From an uncultured Bacilli bacterium (lineage in GTDB: Bacteria; Bacillota_I; Bacilli_A; RF39; UBA660), in assembly GCA_947626515.1 (NCBI GenBank), contig CANQSL010000001.1, positions 35,527 to 99,526 on the forward strand: a stretch of 64,000 nucleotides of DNA, read 5' to 3'. Positions 55,013 through 64,000 of this stretch are shown here, in pieces. The position numbers and the translations under genes were made by a program. The notes below the pieces were generated by a model. It was not told where the DNA came from. It made no database searches and worked only from the letters and a program-made list of their open reading frames with translations. How positions within the stretch are numbered: position 1 is the stretch's first letter; each line of letters opens with the position of its first letter.

Positions 55013-55558
55013 ATGAGCGAACTACTAATATTATTTTTTATTGGATTAAGCTTAAGTATAGATACATTTTCTGTTTCAACTTGCATTGGAATATATAATT
55101 TATCTTTAAAAAAGATTTTTAATACAAGTTTAACTGTTGCAATATTTCATTTTATAATGCCTTTAATAGGAGTAATAATATCGTCTTATTTAGAAAAAAT
55201 TTTAAATATAGATTTAGATTTTATATTAGGTATTATATTAATTTTAATAGCATTGCAAATGTTTATAGAATATATAAATCCTTCTAATAAAGATATTAAG
55301 TTAAATATTTGGGGAACTATAATTTTTGCAATAGGCGTTTCTTTAGATAGTTTCTCAGTGGGATTAGGGTTAAAAGCTATAACATATAATTACTTTTTAT
55401 CTTCTACAATTTTTTCTATTTGTAGTTTTACATTGACATTCATTGGATTGTCAATAGGCAAATATCTAAATAAAGTATTTAAAAAATATTCATATTTAAT
55501 TGGAGCTTTATTTTTGTTAATACTGGGTATAATATTCATTATAAAATTTATAGTCTAA
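55013..55558 (+). CDS. MntP/YtaF-family (DUF204) membrane protein
   Basis: Twin motifs SLSIDTFSVS and SLDSFSVGLGL mirror MntP SMDAFAAS / SLDAMAVGVGL. Six TM segments. Confidence 0.55.
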   Translation: MSELLILFFIGLSLSIDTFSVSTCIGIYNLSLKKIFNTSLTVAIFHFIMPLIGVIISSYLEKILNIDLDFILGIILILIALQMFIEYINPSNKDIKLNIWGTIIFAIGVSLDSFSVGLGLKAITYNYFLSSTIFSICSFTLTFIGLSIGKYLNKVFKKYSYLIGALFLLILGIIFIIKFIV

Positions 55559-55619
55559 TCTCGTTTAAGTTGATTAAAATTAATATATAATTTATAATTT
55601 AAATAAAGAGGTGAGTATT

Positions 55620-56873
55620 TTGAAGAAGCTTATTATTGAAGGCAAGAAAGAACTTACTGGAACTATTAAAATTGGGGGCGCAAAAAATAGTGTTGTTGCT
55701 CTTCTTCCAGCAGCAATATTATCTAATGGGAAATCAGTTATTTACAATGTGCCAAATATTAGTGATGTAGATAAACTTAATGAAATGTTAAAATCATTAG
55801 GAGCAGATATAAAATATGAAAATGATGTTATAGAAATTGATACAAAAAATCTTAAAAATCAGGCAATATCTAAAGAACATTCCTCTAGTATAAGAGCATC
55901 ATATTATTTTATGGGGGCATTATTAAGTAAGTATCATAGAGCTGTCATTTCTTATCCTGGAGGATGTACTATTGGGAGTAGGCCAATTGATTTCCATATA
56001 AATGGATTTAAAAAAATGGGAGCAACAGTTAAAATTAGAGATAATACATATACGATAACTGCAAAAAAATTGCATGGTGCTGACATATATTTAGATTTTG
56101 CAAGTGTAGGTGCAACGATAAATATAATGTTGGCTGCAGTATTAGCTGATGGCAAAACTCATATATGGAATGCTGCAAGAGAGCCAGAAATAGTTAATGT
56201 AGCCTCATTTCTAAATTCAATGGGAGCAAAGATTAAAGGAGCGGGAACTAATTCTATAACTATTGAGGGAGTAAAAGAATTAAATAACGGAATAGTAGAA
56301 GTTATTCCTGATAGGATAGAAGCTGGCACATATTTGATGATTGGAATTTTACTAGGCAAAGATTTAATTATTGATGGTGTTATAAAAGAACATTTAGAAT
56401 CTGTAATAACTAAATTAAAAGAAACTGGAGCTGAATTTACAATAAAGGGTTCTAAAATTTATGTTTCAAAAGCTAAGCATTTAACCGCAGTTAATTTAAA
56501 AACATTAGTATATCCAGGATTTCCTACCGATTTAGGACAGCCAATGAGTACTTTACTAACTCAATGTGAAGGAGAATCTCTTTTTGAAGAAACTATTTAT
56601 GAAAACAGAATGAGACACGTAAAACATTTAAATGATATGGGAGCGAAAATTCATTTATTTGACAATTCAGCAATTATTACTGGAAAAACAGAGTTATATG
56701 GCGAAGAGGTTATAGCAACAGATTTACGAGCAGGCGCTGCAATGTTAGTTGCAGGAATGATTGCAGAAGGAACAACGACGATTTCAAATATAGAACATAT
56801 ATTAAGAGGATATGAAAATGTTGTAGATAAATTGACAAAAGTTGGAGCAAAAATAGAATTAGTCGACGATTAA
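55620..56873 (+). CDS. murA: UDP-N-acetylglucosamine 1-carboxyvinyltransferase
   Basis: KIGGAKNSVVALLPAAIL and the Cys-loop region. TTG start at 55620 with an AAAGAGGTG RBS, whereas the track start is GTG at 55611. Confidence 0.9.
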   Translation: MKKLIIEGKKELTGTIKIGGAKNSVVALLPAAILSNGKSVIYNVPNISDVDKLNEMLKSLGADIKYENDVIEIDTKNLKNQAISKEHSSSIRASYYFMGALLSKYHRAVISYPGGCTIGSRPIDFHINGFKKMGATVKIRDNTYTITAKKLHGADIYLDFASVGATINIMLAAVLADGKTHIWNAAREPEIVNVASFLNSMGAKIKGAGTNSITIEGVKELNNGIVEVIPDRIEAGTYLMIGILLGKDLIIDGVIKEHLESVITKLKETGAEFTIKGSKIYVSKAKHLTAVNLKTLVYPGFPTDLGQPMSTLLTQCEGESLFEETIYENRMRHVKHLNDMGAKIHLFDNSAIITGKTELYGEEVIATDLRAGAAMLVAGMIAEGTTTISNIEHILRGYENVVDKLTKVGAKIELVDD

Positions 56874-56881
56874 ACTTTTTC

Positions 56882-56909
56882 TTGCATAAAAAATACTATA
56901 TGTTATAAT
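56882..56909 (+). promoter_or_regulatory. Putative sigma-A promoter for rpmE (TTGCAT, 16 nt spacer, TGtTATAAT)
   Basis: -35 at 56882-56887, extended -10 at 56901-56909. Confidence 0.45.
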
Positions 56910-56965
56910 ATTGAAGTACGAATTTCTATAGTTAATTATTTAACTATGGCGGAAGGAGAAAAAAT

Positions 56966-57172
56966 ATGAAAAAAGGAATTCATCCAGAAACTGTAGATTG
57001 TACATTTAAATGTGCATGTGGTGCAACATTTACAGCAAAGTCAAATAAGGAAGTTCACAATGTTGAAATATGTAGTGAATGTCATCCATTTTATACAGGA
57101 AAACAAGGAAAAGCTAAAAGAAGCACTAATATAGAAAAATTTAATAAAAAATTTAATTTACAAAGTAAATAG
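56966..57172 (+). CDS. rpmE: 50S ribosomal protein L31 (zinc-binding type A)
   Basis: MKKGIHPE start and the CxxC...CxxC zinc ribbon. Confidence 0.9.
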   Translation: MKKGIHPETVDCTFKCACGATFTAKSNKEVHNVEICSECHPFYTGKQGKAKRSTNIEKFNKKFNLQSK

Positions 57173-57181
57173 TTATTATGA

Positions 57182-57218
57182 AAAGATGAAAAAATTTATA
57201 AAATTTCATCTTTTTATA
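57182..57218 (+). terminator. Rho-independent terminator after rpmE
   Basis: AAAGATGAAA / TTTCATCTTT 10-bp stem followed by a T-run. Confidence 0.5.
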
Positions 57219-57312
57219 TTGTAAATAACTTATAGCTGTCAAGTTTAAATAATTAATTGTAGATTTCTTGACAATAAAAAAGATATTTAATATCCTAATA
57301 TAGGAGGATATT

Positions 57313-57522
57313 ATGAATTTAAATGTTAATATAAAGGATGAAAATTTATTGCCTCAAAGTTTAATTTTATTATTAGAAGAAAAAGGAATTATAACTGTTG
57401 GAAAATTAATAGTTGCAGACATAAATAATTTATTTCATGATGATAAAATAAAAAAGAGAATTAATGCAGAAAACCTAGATTATGATAAAATAGACTGGAT
57501 ATATGGTACAAAAAAGATGTAA
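57313..57522 (+). CDS. Small protein resembling an RNA polymerase alpha C-terminal (HhH) domain
   Basis: LPQSLILLLEEKGIITVGKLIVADINNLF parallels the alpha-CTD segment [31 protein letters not shown]. Good RBS ataggagg. Confidence 0.3.
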   Translation: MNLNVNIKDENLLPQSLILLLEEKGIITVGKLIVADINNLFHDDKIKKRINAENLDYDKIDWIYGTKKM

Positions 57523-57544
57523 TTAATTTAACATAGCGTTTTAT

Positions 57545-57568
57545 GTAGTTTAAATAACTACTTTTTTT
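57545..57568 (+). terminator. Rho-independent terminator
   Basis: GTAGTT-taaat-AACTAC followed by TTTTTTT. Confidence 0.55.
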
Positions 57569-57610
57569 ATATAATATATGATATACTCTAATTAGAATTG
57601 AGGTTAAAAT

Positions 57611-58054
57611 ATGAATATAGCTATAGCGACAGATCATACTGGAGTTGAGATTAAAAAAAGATTAATAAAAGTTTTAGAAAAAGAATATAATATTATAGAC
57701 ATGAGTGAAGAGAATTATCCAACTGATGATTATCCTACGTTTGCTTTCAAAGTAGCAGAATACGTAAGGGATAATGATGGAACTTTTGGAATTTTGTTAT
57801 GTGGAACCGGCATAGGAATGAGTATTGCAGCTAATAAAGTAAAAGGCATTAGATGTGCATTAGTATCAAATGAAAATGAAGCTATTTTATCGAGAGAACA
57901 TAATAATGCAAATATAATTGCTATTAGTTTTAAAGAAAATTTTGAAGATATAGTAAAATATATCAAAAGTTTTTTAACCACTAAATTTTCAAATGAAGAA
58001 AGACACATAAGAAGAATTAATTTAATAAGAGAATATGAAGGTGAGAATAATTGA
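57611..58054 (+). CDS. rpiB: Ribose-5-phosphate isomerase B
   Basis: RpiB/LacAB signature (IAIATDHTG, LLCGTGIGMSIAANKVKGIRCA). Confidence 0.85.
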   Translation: MNIAIATDHTGVEIKKRLIKVLEKEYNIIDMSEENYPTDDYPTFAFKVAEYVRDNDGTFGILLCGTGIGMSIAANKVKGIRCALVSNENEAILSREHNNANIIAISFKENFEDIVKYIKSFLTTKFSNEERHIRRINLIREYEGENN

Positions 58055-58248
58055 ATGCAAAAGTATACATATATATAATTACTACTTTACTTTCAGCTTA
58101 TACACTTACTGGGATTAATTTTAATCAGTTTTTTAAAAAAAATAAATATGTTGAGGCTAGAATATTTATTATACTATTAAGTCTTATTATGGGATATTTG
58201 CTTACTAGTTTTATAGTAGATTTTCTAGCAATAAGTAAAATATTATAA
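58051..58248 (+). CDS. Small 2-TM membrane protein (uncertain)
   Basis: 65-aa hydrophobic ORF overlapping the rpiB stop. Confidence 0.2.
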   Translation: MNAKVYIYIITTLLSAYTLTGINFNQFFKKNKYVEARIFIILLSLIMGYLLTSFIVDFLAISKIL

Positions 58249-58280
58249 AAAAACAGATATGTTTATATGTAGTAACCTTA

Positions 58281-59162
58281 TTGTTAATCCCAATATTTGT
58301 TATAAGTATAATATATAATGAAAATATTTTAAATAAGATATCAGATGAGTTAAAAGAAGAAAATAAAGAGCAAGAGATATTTGTATCTGTAGATAAAAAT
58401 GGAAGTATCCAGAATATTAAATTAGAAGATTATATAATAGGTGTAGTAGCTGGAGAAATGCCAGCAAGTTTTGAAGAGGAAGCTTTAAAAGCTCAAGCAG
58501 TAGCATCAAGAACATATGTTATTTATAAAATGAGTAATAGTCAAAATAAACCAATTTCTTCAACAACAGATGATCAGGTATATTTAACTACTGAAGAGAT
58601 GCAAGAAAAGTGGAAAGATGATTATAATTATTACTTTAATAAAATAAAGGATATAGTTAATAGTACTAAAAACTTAATAATGACAAAAGATAAAAAAGTG
58701 TTTAAAGCATACTATTTTTCTATGAGTAACGGTTATACAGAAGATTCAAAGGCAGTATTTGGAGAAAATACGATAAATAGTGTAGTTTCTCCATGGGATA
58801 ATGACTCTTTAAAAAACTTTGTTGTAACAAAATCTATTAAAGAAACTGAATTACTACAGCTTATAAATGAAAATCAAATAAAAAGTATAAAAATACTTTC
58901 TAAAGATAGTTCTGGAAGAGTAGATAAGCTAGAAATAAATGATAAGATTTATTCAGGAATTGAATTTAGAAAACTTTTAAATTTAAGATCAACAGATTTT
59001 GAAATAGAAAAAGATAAAGATACATATTTAATAACTACTAAGGGGTATGGGCATGGGGTAGGAATGAGTCAATATGGTGCAAATGGTATGGCTAAAGAAA
59101 ATTATTCTTATAAAGAAATATTAGAGTATTATTATCAAAATATAGAAATAACATCAATTTAG
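58281..59162 (+). CDS. spoIID: Stage II sporulation protein D (SpoIID/LytB domain)
   Basis: Signature motifs (YIIGVVAGEMPASF, ALKAQAVASRTY, GYGHGVGMSQYGANGMA). Non-ATG (TTG) start, so the exact start is uncertain. Confidence 0.75.
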   Translation: MLIPIFVISIIYNENILNKISDELKEENKEQEIFVSVDKNGSIQNIKLEDYIIGVVAGEMPASFEEEALKAQAVASRTYVIYKMSNSQNKPISSTTDDQVYLTTEEMQEKWKDDYNYYFNKIKDIVNSTKNLIMTKDKKVFKAYYFSMSNGYTEDSKAVFGENTINSVVSPWDNDSLKNFVVTKSIKETELLQLINENQIKSIKILSKDSSGRVDKLEINDKIYSGIEFRKLLNLRSTDFEIEKDKDTYLITTKGYGHGVGMSQYGANGMAKENYSYKEILEYYYQNIEITSI

Positions 59163-59208
59163 TATAATTTCTTTTTTTTTGTCCATAATTTTATTAGGAA
59201 GGTGAAAT

Positions 59209-59853
59209 ATGAAGGCAAAAAAATTGAGATTAAAAGGATGGGTATCAACACTTATTTATTTATCAGTAATTACAGCAGTATTTATTAGTATGATATTTGT
59301 AAGCAATGTGCTAGAAAGCAAATATGGTGAATCATCTAATTTATCATATATATTTAAAGAATTTATAGATACAGATGTTCCAGTAATTAATTATTCAAAT
59401 GATTCTGTAATAAAACCATTTGATAAAGATAATATATCTATAGACATTGACTTTTATGATAAAGATTCATCAGAACAAGAGCAAGAAAAATCTTTAATTT
59501 TATATGAAAATACATATATGCCTAATTCAGGAATACTTTATACATCAAGTGAACAATTTGATATATTGTGTACATTAGATGGCAAAGTAACAAATATAAA
59601 AAAAGATGATCTATTGGGAAATGTAATAGAAATTACTCATTCAAATAGTTTAGTTACAACATATTATAGTGTTGATAATATGAAAGTTACTGTTGGCCAA
59701 ACTTTAAATCAAGGAGATATAATTGCTACTAGCGGTAAAAATAATATTAGTTCTACTAGCAATAATATGTTATTATTTGAAGTTAGCTTAAATGGAGTTA
59801 ATATAAATCCAGAGAACTATTATAAAACTAGCATAGAAGACTTAAATAAATAA
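59209..59853 (+). CDS. SpoIIQ-like M23/LytM-domain protein with a degenerate active site
   Basis: N-terminal TM. C-terminal LytM fold (GNVIEITHSNSLVTTYYSV...GQTLNQGDIIATSG) in which the HxH motif position reads LLFEV instead of HLHFE. Confidence 0.5.
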   Translation: MKAKKLRLKGWVSTLIYLSVITAVFISMIFVSNVLESKYGESSNLSYIFKEFIDTDVPVINYSNDSVIKPFDKDNISIDIDFYDKDSSEQEQEKSLILYENTYMPNSGILYTSSEQFDILCTLDGKVTNIKKDDLLGNVIEITHSNSLVTTYYSVDNMKVTVGQTLNQGDIIATSGKNNISSTSNNMLLFEVSLNGVNINPENYYKTSIEDLNK

Positions 59854-59967
59854 GTCTTTTTAATTTAAGGAGGAATATTTATAAAAAATATATTTATTAA
59901 AATTTTAAATGATGAAATTTGGGTATATAAAGATAAAAAAATATATAAAGAAGAATTATGTGGTTTA

Positions 59968-60432
59968 ATGAAAAATAATTTTATAATAGACAATGGCAAA
60001 TTAAGTGATTGTTTAAAAAATATTATAAAAAAATTAAAATTGAATAATAGTATTATTCAAAATAAAATACATATAATAATAAATAAATTATATTGTGAAA
60101 GTAATAAATATATAATTAAAAATATATTATATAATTTTGGATTAAATAATTATGTATATACATATGAAGAAGACTTGTATAAAGATTTAAATGGTTCAAT
60201 ACTATCAATATGGAAAAATAATGGTATTTTGTATAATGCAACTAAAGAAGAATTTGTAGAATTATGTGATATAGAAAAAATAAAAGAAGCAAATATCTTA
60301 ATTACAGAAACAAAAGATATAATTGATTATATCAAATCTATTAATAAGAATATCATAATATATGAAGATATTAAACATCCCATTTTTTCTTTATTGGAAA
60401 ATACTAATTATGTAAATAAATCGTCTAAATAA
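59968..60432 (+). CDS. Hypothetical protein
   Basis: 154-aa ORF with no recognisable motif. Confidence 0.25.
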   Translation: MKNNFIIDNGKLSDCLKNIIKKLKLNNSIIQNKIHIIINKLYCESNKYIIKNILYNFGLNNYVYTYEEDLYKDLNGSILSIWKNNGILYNATKEEFVELCDIEKIKEANILITETKDIIDYIKSINKNIIIYEDIKHPIFSLLENTNYVNKSSK

Positions 60433-60484
60433 TTGACTTTAAATGATAATAGGACATAAAATGAATGTATATAAGGATGGTTTT

Positions 60485-60619
60485 ATGAAGAAAATTATAT
60501 TTAAAGGTTGCGGAACAGCTATTGCAACTCCTTTTAATAAAGAAGGTATAAATTTTTCAGAATTTTTTAAATTATTAGAAAATCAAATAAATAAATTTAA
60601 GAAAAAGTATACAAACTAA
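60485..60619 (+). pseudogene. dapA: 5' remnant of a 4-hydroxy-tetrahydrodipicolinate synthase (dapA) gene
   Basis: The 44-aa ORF MKKIIFKGCGTAIATPFNKEGINFSEFFKLLENQI matches the DapA N-terminus (IFKGSGVAIITPF...D...L..LIE.QI) and then stops. Confidence 0.45.
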
Positions 60620-60707
60620 AAAAGATAATGTAAAACATTGTCTTTTTTAAATGAATTGTTTTTTTTATACTAAAATATTATAATAAAATAAGAAAGAAAG
60701 TGATTGT

Positions 60708-63700
60708 ATGTATACGATAAAAGATGGCAATACTGCATGTGCAGATATTGCTTATATGTTCAGCGAATTAAATGTAATTTATCCTATTACTCCATCTAGT
60801 CCTATGGCTTCTAGATGTGATGAATTAAAAAATCAAAAAAAGAAAAATTTTTATGGTGAAATAACAGACGTTATTGAAATGCAAAGTGAAGCTGGTGTAG
60901 CCGGTGCACTCCATGGTGCATTAATTACAGGAACACTTGCAAGTACTTTTACTTCAAGTCAAGGTCTTTTATTAATGATTCCTAATATGTATAAAATTGC
61001 AGGAGAAATGTTGCCATGCGTCATACATGTTGCATCTCGCTCACTAGCAACTCATGCATTAAGTATACAAGGAGATCATCAAGATATTTATGCTGCTAGA
61101 CAAACTGGTTTTTGTATGTTGGCATCATCTAGTGTTCAAGAAGCACAAGATATGGCTTGCGTTGCTCACTTATCTAGTATAAAATCTTCTGCTCCTTTTT
61201 TACATTTTTTTGATGGTTTTAGAACAAGCCATGAATTAAATAAAATTTTAGATATAGATAAAGAAAAATTAAAATCTTTGATACCTTATGACAAAATATT
61301 TGAATTTAAAAAATCTGCTTTAAATCCAAATAATATAATAACAATGGGAACTGCTCAAAACGAAGATATATATTTTCAGTGTACAGAGGCAAGGAATAAA
61401 ATGTATGACAATATTCCTGACATTGTTGAAAATTATATGGATGAAATAAACGAAATAATGAATACTAATTATAAACCATTTAACTATTATGGCTCACATA
61501 GTGCAAAAAACATTATTGTTGCAATGGGATCGGTTACAAAAACAATAAAAAGTGTTGTAGAAAAATTAGAAAATGTTGGCTTAATAGAAGTCCATTTATA
61601 TAGACCTTTTAGTGTTAAACATTTAATCAAAGTATTACCTAATACAGTAAAAAATATAGCAGTATTAGATAGAACTAATGAATCAGGTAGTATTGGAGAA
61701 CCCTTATATTTAGACATATTATCAGCACTTAAAGATTATAATATAAATATTGTTGGAGGAAGATACGGCTTATCTGGTAAAAATACTACGCCAAATGATA
61801 TTTATGACGTATATAAAATGTTAGAATTAAACTTAAAAAATAATTTTACTATAGGAATAAATGATAATTTAAATAATACAAATTTGGAACATTATGAATA
61901 TAAAAATGAAATAGATTGTGATGAAATAAAGATTATTGGCTATGGATCAGATGGCTCAGTAGGAGCATCAAAAAGTTTAATAAAGATATTGGGCAAAAAT
62001 AACTTCGCACAAGGATATTTTGAATACGATTCTAAAAAAAGTGGAGGTTTAACTGTTTCTCATTTGAGATTTAGTTCTAATAAAATAGAAGCTCCTTATT
62101 ACTTAGAAAAGCCAAAATTAGTAGTTATTACAAAAGATACATATTTGAATAAATACGAGTTAATAAATAATATTGAAGAAAATGGCGAGATTATTATTAA
62201 TACGGATAAAGATGACAATATTTTAAACAGATTAATGCTTAATAAAACAAAAGAAATAATTAATACTAGAAAGATAAAAGTATATAAAATAGATGCGAAT
62301 AAAATTGCAAATGAATATGGCATAAATGGCAAAATTGGTATAATAATAGAAGCAATTATATTAGAAAAATTAAATATAGAAAATTTTAAAGAAATATTAA
62401 TTGAAGATATAAAATCAAAATTTGAAACTAAAGGACAAAGTATAGTAGATGCAAATATTAATACAATAAATAAAATTTTATTAAAAACAGTTATAATAAA
62501 CAATGAAATAAATATTGAAATTGACAAAAAAGATATATTAGCTAAAATAAATTGTGGAAAAGGTAACATGTTATCAACAAAAGATATTGTAGGATATAGA
62601 ACGGGTAGAATAACAGGAGGAAATACGTTTTTGGAAAAAAGAGGAGTGTCATTGCTCACTGCACATTGGATTAAAGAAAATTGTATTGAATGTGGTATGT
62701 GTTCCATTGTATGTCCTCATGCAGTAATAAGACCGATATTAAGTTCTAACAATAATATAGAGTCAATTAAAGATATGTCTAGCAGTAATAATTTTTCTAT
62801 ATTAATAAGTCAAAAAGATTGTACAGGGTGTGGATTATGTACAAAAATATGTCCAGGTAAAATGGGTAAGAAAGCATTAGAATTAAACAAGGTTAGTGAG
62901 CAATCAAAAGAAGAAATAGAAATATTTAATAATCATGATAATAATCATACTTTACCGATAAATACAATAAAAGGAAGTCAATATGAAAAATCATTATTTT
63001 CATTTTCAGGAGCTTGTGCTGGATGCGGAGAAACTCCATATATAAAATTATTAACACAACTATTTGGACATAAATTAGTTATTGCAAATGCTACAGGGTG
63101 TTCAAGTATTTATGGAGCATCATTTCCAAGCACTCCTTATAGCATTCCTTGGGCAAATAGTTTATTTGAAGATAATGCTGAATTTGCTTATGGCATGTTT
63201 AAATCGTACAAACAAAAAAGAATGCAAATAGAAAAAATACTAGAGAGAGACTACAAAGATTTATATAATAAATGGATTAGCAATCCAAATGATTTTAAAA
63301 TAACGTCTGTTATCAAAAATGATTTGGAAACTAAAAATTTTAATCCAAATTTAATAGATTATGTTGAAGCAAGAAGTGTATGGGCAATAGGTGGGGATGG
63401 TTGGGCATATGATATCGGATTTGGTGGAATAGATCATATTTTGTCATCTAATGAAAATATAAATATATTAGTACTTGATACTGAAGTTTATTCAAATACG
63501 GGTGGTCAATCTTCTAAATCAACAAAAGAGGGTGCAATAGCAAAATTTGCAATGGAGGGTAAATCAACACAAAAAAAAGATTTATTTAAACTTGCAATAA
63601 CATACGATAATGTCTATGTCGCATCTGTATGTTTAAAGGCAAATCCTATGCAAACAATTAAAGCGTTTATGGAAGCGGAGCAACATGATGGACCTTCAAT

Positions 63701-63989
63701 AATAATTGCTTATGCACCATGCATTGAACATGGAATTGCAGGAGGATTAACTAATTCTATAGAGACAGAAAAATTATCTGTAGAATGTGGATACAATATT
63801 TTAATGAGATATAATAACAACAAATTATATATAGATTCAAGTGAGCCAAATTTCAATAAATATGAAGAGTTTTTATCAAAAGAAATAAGGTATAATTCAA
63901 TAAAATCTAAAGAAAAAAGAAATACATTATTAGAAAATCAAAAACAAAATGCAATTGATAGATATAACTATTTTAAAAAATTAATATAA
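60708..63989 (+). CDS. nifJ: Pyruvate:ferredoxin (flavodoxin) oxidoreductase
   Basis: PFOR N-terminus (CADIAYMFSELNVIYPITPSSPMA), two 4Fe-4S ferredoxin motifs (CIECGMCSIVCP, CTGCGLCTKICP) and a TPP-binding region (GGDGWAYDIG). Confidence 0.9.
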   Translation: MYTIKDGNTACADIAYMFSELNVIYPITPSSPMASRCDELKNQKKKNFYGEITDVIEMQSEAGVAGALHGALITGTLASTFTSSQGLLLMIPNMYKIAGEMLPCVIHVASRSLATHALSIQGDHQDIYAARQTGFCMLASSSVQEAQDMACVAHLSSIKSSAPFLHFFDGFRTSHELNKILDIDKEKLKSLIPYDKIFEFKKSALNPNNIITMGTAQNEDIYFQCTEARNKMYDNIPDIVENYMDEINEIMNTNYKPFNYYGSHSAKNIIVAMGSVTKTIKSVVEKLENVGLIEVHLYRPFSVKHLIKVLPNTVKNIAVLDRTNESGSIGEPLYLDILSALKDYNINIVGGRYGLSGKNTTPNDIYDVYKMLELNLKNNFTIGINDNLNNTNLEHYEYKNEIDCDEIKIIGYGSDGSVGASKSLIKILGKNNFAQGYFEYDSKKSGGLTVSHLRFSSNKIEAPYYLEKPKLVVITKDTYLNKYELINNIEENGEIIINTDKDDNILNRLMLNKTKEIINTRKIKVYKIDANKIANEYGINGKIGIIIEAIILEKLNIENFKEILIEDIKSKFETKGQSIVDANINTINKILLKTVIINNEINIEIDKKDILAKINCGKGNMLSTKDIVGYRTGRITGGNTFLEKRGVSLLTAHWIKENCIECGMCSIVCPHAVIRPILSSNNNIESIKDMSSSNNFSILISQKDCTGCGLCTKICPGKMGKKALELNKVSEQSKEEIEIFNNHDNNHTLPINTIKGSQYEKSLFSFSGACAGCGETPYIKLLTQLFGHKLVIANATGCSSIYGASFPSTPYSIPWANSLFEDNAEFAYGMFKSYKQKRMQIEKILERDYKDLYNKWISNPNDFKITSVIKNDLETKNFNPNLIDYVEARSVWAIGGDGWAYDIGFGGIDHILSSNENINILVLDTEVYSNTGGQSSKSTKEGAIAKFAMEGKSTQKKDLFKLAITYDNVYVASVCLKANPMQTIKAFMEAEQHDGPSIIIAYAPCIEHGIAGGLTNSIETEKLSVECGYNILMRYNNNKLYIDSSEPNFNKYEEFLSKEIRYNSIKSKEKRNTLLENQKQNAIDRYNYFKKLI

Positions 63990-64000
63990 AAAAAGAAGTT

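Overview
Extremely AT-rich (roughly 20-25% GC; proteins rich in K, N and I) Firmicutes chromosomal window covering the replication-origin neighbourhood of an endospore-forming, Clostridia-like organism. In order it contains:
- + strand: AddB/AddA-type helicase-nuclease genes with a small membrane gene between them, plus an extra UvrD-like helicase.
- - strand: a class B sortase with its NPQTF-type surface-protein substrate.
- - strand: a block of unassignable accessory genes (a 390-aa unknown, an 83-aa membrane protein, GrpB, a 280-aa unknown with locally raised GC, and a class I glutamine amidotransferase-like protein) lying immediately downstream of a tmRNA gene (ssrA, - strand).
- - strand: the conserved Firmicutes sporulation/division cluster divIC-yabQ-yabP-spoVG-yabG ... 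ksgA-3D protein-tatD-spoVT-mfd-pth-yabB-yaaT-holB-recR-ybaB-dnaX-tadA. It is interrupted by a three-gene cassette (GHMP sugar-kinase-like, UDP-galactopyranose-mutase-like flavoprotein, GT-C-like polytopic membrane protein) between ksgA and yabG.
- - strand: gyrA-gyrB-recF-(ComK-like)-dnaN-dnaA.
- A putative oriC, then on the + strand rpmH-rnpA-yidC-jag-mnmE-mnmG-rsmG-parB (no parA).
- + strand (except a class A PBP on the - strand): ywiB-like, rpoE, prfA, prmC, spoIIR, mntP/ytaF-like, murA, rpmE, rpiB, spoIID, a SpoIIQ-like degenerate M23 protein, a dapA 5' remnant and pyruvate:ferredoxin oxidoreductase.
The most striking non-genic element is three perfect 20-22 bp palindromes (core ATGTTTCACGTGAAACAT), phased about 44 bp apart, between the gyrA stop and the tadA-dnaX-ybaB-recR operon. 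No rRNA or tRNA genes were seen, and the three phased palindromes were judged not to be a CRISPR array. All calls rest on reading the supplied ORF translations and sequence by eye; no searches were run.
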